Positions 47,715 to 53,002 of a DNA stretch of 53,002 bases are shown one piece after another. A program made the translations under genes and the position numbers. This stretch comes from Candidatus Bipolaricaulota bacterium. GTDB taxonomy: Bacteria; Bipolaricaulota; Bipolaricaulia; RBG-16-55-9; DRXL01. The stretch lies in NCBI GenBank assembly GCA_030550495.1, contig JAUQPG010000005.1:14520-67521 (forward strand). Direction: 5' to 3'. The stretch's first letter is position 1. Each line of letters opens with the position of its first letter. The notes beneath the pieces are model-generated. The model saw only the letters and a program-made list of their open reading frames with translations. It did not search any database and was not told the DNA's origin.

Positions 47715-48275
47715 ATGAAAAAATGGATATGGCTTGTGATAAGTGGGGTGTTGGTTGGCGGAGGTGTAGGGATCTGGTGGGCGTGGCAAGCCAGCACACC
47801 TTCGTCTGAAGCGTATCGAGCGGACGTCATAGAAGTCCTGCAAGGGCAAGGAGGGCTCGATCCCGGACTTGCCTTTATGCTTAAGGGAATTCGGGTCGAT
47901 CTCGATTGCCAGGACGAGGAGGTCTGCACCCGCAGGGAGCACTTTTCGGAGGTCTTCGATATCGCTGAGCAGTACGAGTTTCTCATCGGGGACTATCAGG
48001 GCCGGATCTGCAAGATGAAGCCCAGCGCCGGCGACCGCGCCGACCACCAGCGCCTATGTAAGCTTCTTCAGGAGTTTCTGAAAGAAGTCAACGGTATCAA
48101 GATGAACGCCTCGCTAGCGCTCAGCTTTCTCACCCAGAACAAACCAGAAGAGGTGCGGAGGCTCTTGCGGAACTTCTTGCACCGGATCTTAGGGCATCGC
48201 GAGCGCGTGCTCCAGATCGAAGCTGAACTGAGACAGATCAACTGGCTGGAGCCAGTGTTGCGCACGGAGCCCTAG
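47715..48275 (+). CDS. Hypothetical N-terminally anchored helical protein
   Basis: MKKWIWLVISGVLVGGGVGIWWAW...; TTGACG-17-CACACT ends 6 nt before the ATG (leaderless-like). Confidence 0.7.
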   Translation: MKKWIWLVISGVLVGGGVGIWWAWQASTPSSEAYRADVIEVLQGQGGLDPGLAFMLKGIRVDLDCQDEEVCTRREHFSEVFDIAEQYEFLIGDYQGRICKMKPSAGDRADHQRLCKLLQEFLKEVNGIKMNASLALSFLTQNKPEEVRRLLRNFLHRILGHRERVLQIEAELRQINWLEPVLRTEP

Positions 48276-48283
48276 CCTGCACC

Positions 48284-50836
48284 CTAAAACTCCGGCCCTA
48301 GCATCGAGAGCACATAGTTCTGCAAGTACTTCTGGGCGACGCGCTTGATGTCTTCAGACGTCACCGCTTGGATCAGCTCTGGATATTGAGCGTCCATCTG
48401 GTAGCCCACGCCAAGTGTTTCATACCAACCCAGATACCAGGCACGGCGCTCTGTCGTCTCGTGATCGATTCTGTAGTTTCCGATCACATAGCTCTTAGCT
48501 CGGTCTAGCTCGTCTTGAGGCACGCCGTTCTCTTGGATATCTTTGATAATCTGGAGAATACCCTGCTGCGCGGTCTCAGCGTTCTGCGGCAGCGCGATGA
48601 TGTACGTTACCAAGTGACTCTCTTCAGCGCGCGACGGATAGAACGAGCCCGTCGAATATGCGAGCCCACGCTTATCGCGCAACTCGCTAAATAGCCGCGA
48701 GCTCATACCGCCACCTAAGATCGCATTGAGCAATTTCATCGCTGGGTAGTCAGGGCTGGACACCGGCGGGGCGGGATAGCCTAGAATCAGCCAAGTTAAA
48801 TTCGAGCGCTTCGCTGCTTCGACGCGCTTGTTCTCAGTCAGCGCCAGAGCGATGGGCTGGGGCTTGAGGGGCAGCTCTTCGGCGCCTTTGGGGAGCTCTT
48901 GGAGTTTCGCCCGCAAGAGCGCTTCGAGCAGCGCGCGATCAAACGCCCCAACAGCGACGACGGTCATATTGTTGGACACGTAGTATTTTTTGTAGAACTG
49001 CACGATGTCGTCGCGGGTGATGCGCGAGACACTCTCGGGGGTCGGGATGCGCCCGTAGGGGTGCGTGCTGTAGAGAGTGCTCTGGAAGTTATTGTAGATG
49101 ACTGAAAAATTCTGGTCGGCTTGAGCACGGATCTCACGGATGAATTCGGTCTTAGCGCGCTCGACCTCATCTGGGGCAAACGCCGGATTCAGCAGCACAT
49201 CAAGATAGATGGGCAGGGCGCGTTCCAGCGTCTCTTTCGGAGCGACCAGCGTCACGTGAGCCATGTCGGCCAGCAAGTCTTGGCTGAGCTGCGCCCCTAA
49301 GTTCTCAATTTCAGTAAAAATCTCTTCTTCGGAGCGCGAGGTCGTGCCGCGTAAGAGCAATCGCGATGTCAGCTCGGCGATCCCCGTGAGTTCTGGTGGT
49401 TCAGCGCGAGCGCCGGTGCCGACAAACGCCTGCAGCGCGACTGTCTCCGCAGAAGGGTCTTGGCGCAGGATCAGTTTCAGCCCATTGGGCAGCGTGATAA
49501 GCTCGTCAGTCGTCGGCTGCTCGGCGGCGCTCTCAGGGATGAGCACAAGCTCATAGTAAGTGTCAAGATTGATATACTTACGCGCGACGTTCACGATATC
49601 TTGGACGGTCACAGCGCGGATCCTCTCCGGGTATGTGAGCGCGAATGTATAATCTCCCGCGACGACGGCGTAGAACCCGAGCGTGCTAGCGATTCCTGAG
49701 CTTGTCTCAGCCTGGAGGGCCTCCCGAGCGAGCAAGACGGTCTTGGCGCGCTCGACCTCGTCAGGGCTGAGCTTGCCGTCGAGAATCTCTTTGAGTTTTG
49801 AGAGAATCGCTTGCTCGACAGCGACGCGGTTCTCGTAGGGGAACTCAGCGTAGATGTTGAAAATCCCTGGCTCTTTCTGGGTGAAATACCCAGCGTCTAT
49901 CGTCGTCACCAAACCCAATTCTTTGCGCAGCTTCTTGTAGAATCGTGAGCTGCGCCCCTCTGACAATAATGTGATCAAGACGTCCATGGCGTAGACGTCT
50001 TGGGCTTCTTTGACCGACGGGCCAGGCCAGGCGAATATTAAATATCCTTGGCTGACGTCGCGGCGGATCTCTCTGACGGTCTTTTGGGTGCGCGTTGGCT
50101 CCCTAGGATACGTCTGAGCTGGGATGGGTTTGCGCTCCATCACGCCGAATTTCTCTCGCACGATCTGTAGAGTTCGCTCGATCTCGATGTCCCCTGCGAC
50201 GATGAGCGTCATGTTGTTGGGGACGTAGTACGTCTTCATCCAGTTGAGAAAGTCTTCGCGCGTCAGCTTCCCCAAGCTATCAGCAAAGCCAATGATGGGG
50301 AGCTTGTATGGATGCACAGTATAAAACTCTTGGCGCAACGTGAAGAACGCAAACGAAGTGGGTGAATCTGAGCGCTGCTGCTGCTCGCGCAGGACGACTT
50401 CTTTCTCGCGAGCGATCTCTTCTTCGGGGAAGGTCGAGTTTTGTGTAATATCTGCGATGATATCTATAGCAAGCTCGGTGTGCTCGCTAGGCAGAATGAT
50501 ATAGTAATGGGTGAAATCGTAGGACGTTGCAGCGTTGGTGCGGCCGCCGAGGGCCTCGACTTCTCTGTCGATGCCGCCGGGGCGTTTTTCGGTGCCCTTG
50601 AAGAGCATGTGCTCAAAAAAGTGCGAGATGCCCGAGATCTCTCGCGTCTCGTTGAGGCTGCCCACGTTGACCCAAATATCTACGGCTGTAATGCCAGTAC
50701 CGGGTCTGGGAATGAGCAAGACTTTCAAGCCGTTATCGAGAGTAAATTCGTGCACGTTGGGCTGAGCGAGCGAGTTGGGGAGAGACAAGACAGCGACTGT
50801 AGCGAGCAAAAGAACAAGCACTGCGAAGCGTTTCAT
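48284..50836 (-). CDS. Secreted M16 family zinc peptidase (pitrilysin/PqqL-like, four-domain)
   Basis: Signal peptide MKRFAVL; HFFEHMLFKGT, NAATSYDFT, SSRLFSELRDKRGLAY; SD AAGGAGG. Confidence 0.93.
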   Translation of the reverse strand: MKRFAVLVLLLATVAVLSLPNSLAQPNVHEFTLDNGLKVLLIPRPGTGITAVDIWVNVGSLNETREISGISHFFEHMLFKGTEKRPGGIDREVEALGGRTNAATSYDFTHYYIILPSEHTELAIDIIADITQNSTFPEEEIAREKEVVLREQQQRSDSPTSFAFFTLRQEFYTVHPYKLPIIGFADSLGKLTREDFLNWMKTYYVPNNMTLIVAGDIEIERTLQIVREKFGVMERKPIPAQTYPREPTRTQKTVREIRRDVSQGYLIFAWPGPSVKEAQDVYAMDVLITLLSEGRSSRFYKKLRKELGLVTTIDAGYFTQKEPGIFNIYAEFPYENRVAVEQAILSKLKEILDGKLSPDEVERAKTVLLAREALQAETSSGIASTLGFYAVVAGDYTFALTYPERIRAVTVQDIVNVARKYINLDTYYELVLIPESAAEQPTTDELITLPNGLKLILRQDPSAETVALQAFVGTGARAEPPELTGIAELTSRLLLRGTTSRSEEEIFTEIENLGAQLSQDLLADMAHVTLVAPKETLERALPIYLDVLLNPAFAPDEVERAKTEFIREIRAQADQNFSVIYNNFQSTLYSTHPYGRIPTPESVSRITRDDIVQFYKKYYVSNNMTVVAVGAFDRALLEALLRAKLQELPKGAEELPLKPQPIALALTENKRVEAAKRSNLTWLILGYPAPPVSSPDYPAMKLLNAILGGGMSSRLFSELRDKRGLAYSTGSFYPSRAEESHLVTYIIALPQNAETAQQGILQIIKDIQENGVPQDELDRAKSYVIGNYRIDHETTERRAWYLGWYETLGVGYQMDAQYPELIQAVTSEDIKRVAQKYLQNYVLSMLGPEF

Positions 50837-50855
50837 ATCGGCCTCCTTCGGGGGT

Positions 50856-50884
50856 ATTCTATCATTTCGAGAGGGTTGGGACAA
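50856..50884 (-). promoter_or_regulatory. Promoter for the M16 peptidase gene
   Basis: TTGTCC-17 nt-TAGAAT with TGn. Confidence 0.6.
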
Positions 50885-50892
50885 ATCTTCGG

Positions 50893-50921
50893 TTGACAGA
50901 GCCAGCACAGATGGGTAAAAT
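50893..50921 (+). promoter_or_regulatory. Promoter for tRNA-Lys
   Basis: TTGACA-17 nt-TAAAAT. Confidence 0.75.
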
Positions 50922-50927
50922 CTCTGT

Positions 50928-51002
50928 GGGCCGTTAGCTCAGTGGTAGAGCACCTGCCTTTTAAGCAGGGGGTCGCAGGTTCGATCCCTGCACGGCCTAC
51001 CA
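50928..51002 (+). tRNA. tRNA-Lys (TTT)
   Basis: GGGCCGT...CCTGC-CTTTTAA-GCAGG...GGTTCGATCCC...ACGGCCT-A-CCA. Confidence 0.96.
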
Positions 51003-51118
51003 CCTGCCCAATAGACCTCCTCGAGTGTGCTGTGTGTTTCGAATTTTGATCTTGCCCAGACCATGCCGGTATAATCTCCTTCAGACTCATGCTAGCACCG
51101 CTGAGCGAGGAGGCTTCG

Positions 51119-53002
51119 ATGGAGTTGGAGGATATCCACGTGGACGAGATTCTCGAGAGTGCTTGCTGGCCTGAGCCGGTGCGTGTCCTGCGCCTCCAAG
51201 CGTTCGGAGACCTTGTGCAGATTGAAGCCGTCGGCACACAGACTCAACAGTTCTATTCACGAATCTTTTCGCCTGCAGACCTGGTGCAAGTCCGCCGTCT
51301 ATCGAGCACTGCCCAAGACTTCCAAGGCCATGCTGAAAGATTCTTTCTGACCATAGAAGGCCATCGCATCCGGTATGCGCAGCAGTTCGACCCGCTCTTT
51401 GCGGTCAATGTCTCGCAGATCGATCCGCTTCCCCATCAGATCGAGGCTGTTTATTTTTATATGCTCAAGCATCCCAGGATTCGCTTCTTGTTGGCTGACG
51501 ATCCCGGCGCGGGCAAGACGATCATGGCGGGGTTGCTCCTCAAGGAGCTGCAGTATCGGGGTCTAGTGCACCGCGTGCTCATCGTCGTCCCTGGTCATCT
51601 CAAGGATCAATGGCTCAGGGAGATGAGGGAGCGCTTCAACGAGTCTTTTGTCATTGTAGATCGCGCTGTCATGAATGCCACCTGGGGTCGCAACGTCTGG
51701 AATGAGCACACGCACGTCATCACTTCAATGGATTTTGCTAAACAAGATGACGTGATGGCGTCGCTCGCTGAAGCCCGCTGGGATATCACTATCGTGGATG
51801 AGGCACACAAACTCGCGGCATATCGCTACGGCGACAAGATCACGAAACGGGAGCGCTATCGCTTAGGGGAGCTGCTTTCACGAACGAGTCAGTTTTTGTT
51901 GTTTTTGACGGCCACGCCCCATCGTGGCGATCCGGAAAATTTCCGGCTCTTCCTAGATCTTCTTGAGCCTGGGTTCTTCGCATCGACGGAGATATTGGCC
52001 CAATCTGTCCGTGATCGGGACAACCCCCTGTTTCTGAGGCGCCTCAAAGAAGATCTCTGCGACTTTGAGCGCAGGCCGCTCTTTCCCAAGCGCCACGTCT
52101 TCACGATCCCCTATTATCTCAGCGATGAGGAAAAACAGCTCTATAACGCGGTCACGACTTACGTCGAGCGCGCGTACAACAAGGCCCTCGCAGCGGATAA
52201 GCGCAACGTCGCGTTCGCCTTGCTCATCTTGCAGAGACGTTTAGCATCGAGCGTGCGGGCTGTCCGGCGTTCTCTCGAACGGCGCACTGCGCGCCTGAAA
52301 GAGCTCTTGCGCCTAGGACAGTGGCTTGCCGAGCGCGGCGATGTCGACGAAGACGCTCTCGAAGATAGCGAAGAGATAGAGCGCTTGCGTCAAGAAGAAG
52401 AGCTCGTCGAGCGCCTGACAGCAGCAGAGACGCGTGAGGAGCTCCAGGCGGAGATCTCTCAGCTTGAAGAGTTGATCCGCCTGGCCAAGCAGGCTGAGCG
52501 CCGAGAGATCGAGCGTAAGCTTGACGAATTGCGCAAGGTAATGGAGGAGGAGCGCATCCGGCAGACAGGAGAGAAGTTGCTCATCTTTACTGAGTCGCGG
52601 GAGACGCTCGACTATCTTGTGGAAAAGCTCACATCCTGGGGCTACTCCGTCGTCGGCCTGCACGGAGGATTGAATCTTGACGCGCGCATCCGCGCTGAAC
52701 ACGAGTTCCGTGAGCACGCCCAAGTCATGGTCTCCACTGAGGCCGGTGGGGAGGGGATCAATCTGCAATTCTGCTCACTGATGGTTAACTACGATATCCC
52801 TTGGAACCCCAATCGTCTGGAGCAGCGCATGGGGCGGATTCACCGATACGGCCAGACCAAGGAAGTCCATATCTATAATCTTGTGGCGCGCGATACCCGC
52901 GAGGGTAAGGTCTTGGACGCGCTCTTTCGCAAGCTGGCTCAAATTCAAGAAGCCCTGGGGAGCGACCGGGTCTTCGACGTCATCGGGGAAGTGCTTCCCG
53001 GA
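51119..53002 (+). CDS. SNF2-family (RapA/HepA-like) helicase, likely from a defence locus; truncated by the window end
   Basis: Not in the ORF track because it has no stop in the window. Hand translation from ATG 51119 (SD GAGGAGG) gives DPLPHQIEAV, LLADDPGAGKT, DEAH, LTATPHRG, STEAGGEGINLQ, YDIPWNPNRLEQRMGRIHRYGQ. Confidence 0.92.
   Translation, partial: MELEDIHVDEILESACWPEPVRVLRLQAFGDLVQIEAVGTQTQQFYSRIFSPADLVQVRRLSSTAQDFQGHAERFFLTIEGHRIRYAQQFDPLFAVNVSQIDPLPHQIEAVYFYMLKHPRIRFLLADDPGAGKTIMAGLLLKELQYRGLVHRVLIVVPGHLKDQWLREMRERFNESFVIVDRAVMNATWGRNVWNEHTHVITSMDFAKQDDVMASLAEARWDITIVDEAHKLAAYRYGDKITKRERYRLGELLSRTSQFLLFLTATPHRGDPENFRLFLDLLEPGFFASTEILAQSVRDRDNPLFLRRLKEDLCDFERRPLFPKRHVFTIPYYLSDEEKQLYNAVTTYVERAYNKALAADKRNVAFALLILQRRLASSVRAVRRSLERRTARLKELLRLGQWLAERGDVDEDALEDSEEIERLRQEEELVERLTAAETREELQAEISQLEELIRLAKQAERREIERKLDELRKVMEEERIRQTGEKLLIFTESRETLDYLVEKLTSWGYSVVGLHGGLNLDARIRAEHEFREHAQVMVSTEAGGEGINLQFCSLMVNYDIPWNPNRLEQRMGRIHRYGQTKEVHIYNLVARDTREGKVLDALFRKLAQIQEALGSDRVFDVIGEVLPG

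Noticed and set aside
1-53002. CRISPR arrays, IS elements, rRNA genes, known riboswitches
   Set aside because: By eye, no regularly spaced direct repeats, transposase or integrase ORFs, rRNA sequence or recognisable riboswitch cores; intergenic spacers are all short.

Overview
Bacterial chromosomal window of moderately high GC. The style suggests Ca. Bipolaricaulota/Acetothermia, but that is an impression and is not tested. Bases 1.9-20.6 kb hold rplM, divergent from a fused str-S10-spc-alpha ribosomal superoperon (rpsL to rplQ). That operon lacks tuf and rpmD, encodes a SecY with a ~120-aa insertion, and has an infA that appears to start at AUU. The rest is housekeeping and envelope genes: an amidase-like protein, a 1173-aa SurA/PpiC-TPR-DUF3105-like fusion, mazG, a YqeG-like HAD phosphatase, two peptide ABC (Opp/Dpp) clusters, a zinc-finger anti-sigma-like gene with an unrecognised partner, FG-GAP/YVTN/TolB-like beta-propeller proteins, RNase HI, menG, Asp23, gpmI, dtd, rpmF and an M16 peptidase. 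There are two tRNAs: CAT anticodon (probably Ile2) and Lys-TTT. A SNF2-type helicase of the kind found in restriction-like defence loci starts just after tRNA-Lys and runs off the window. The most unusual signals are a conserved double-Shine-Dalgarno leader shared by both peptide-binding-protein genes, an Sm/RimP-C-like domain inserted in an OppD ATPase, the SecY insertion alongside the PpiD/TPR-like fusion, and the anti-sigma-like pair. All family assignments come from motifs read by eye; no searches were run.
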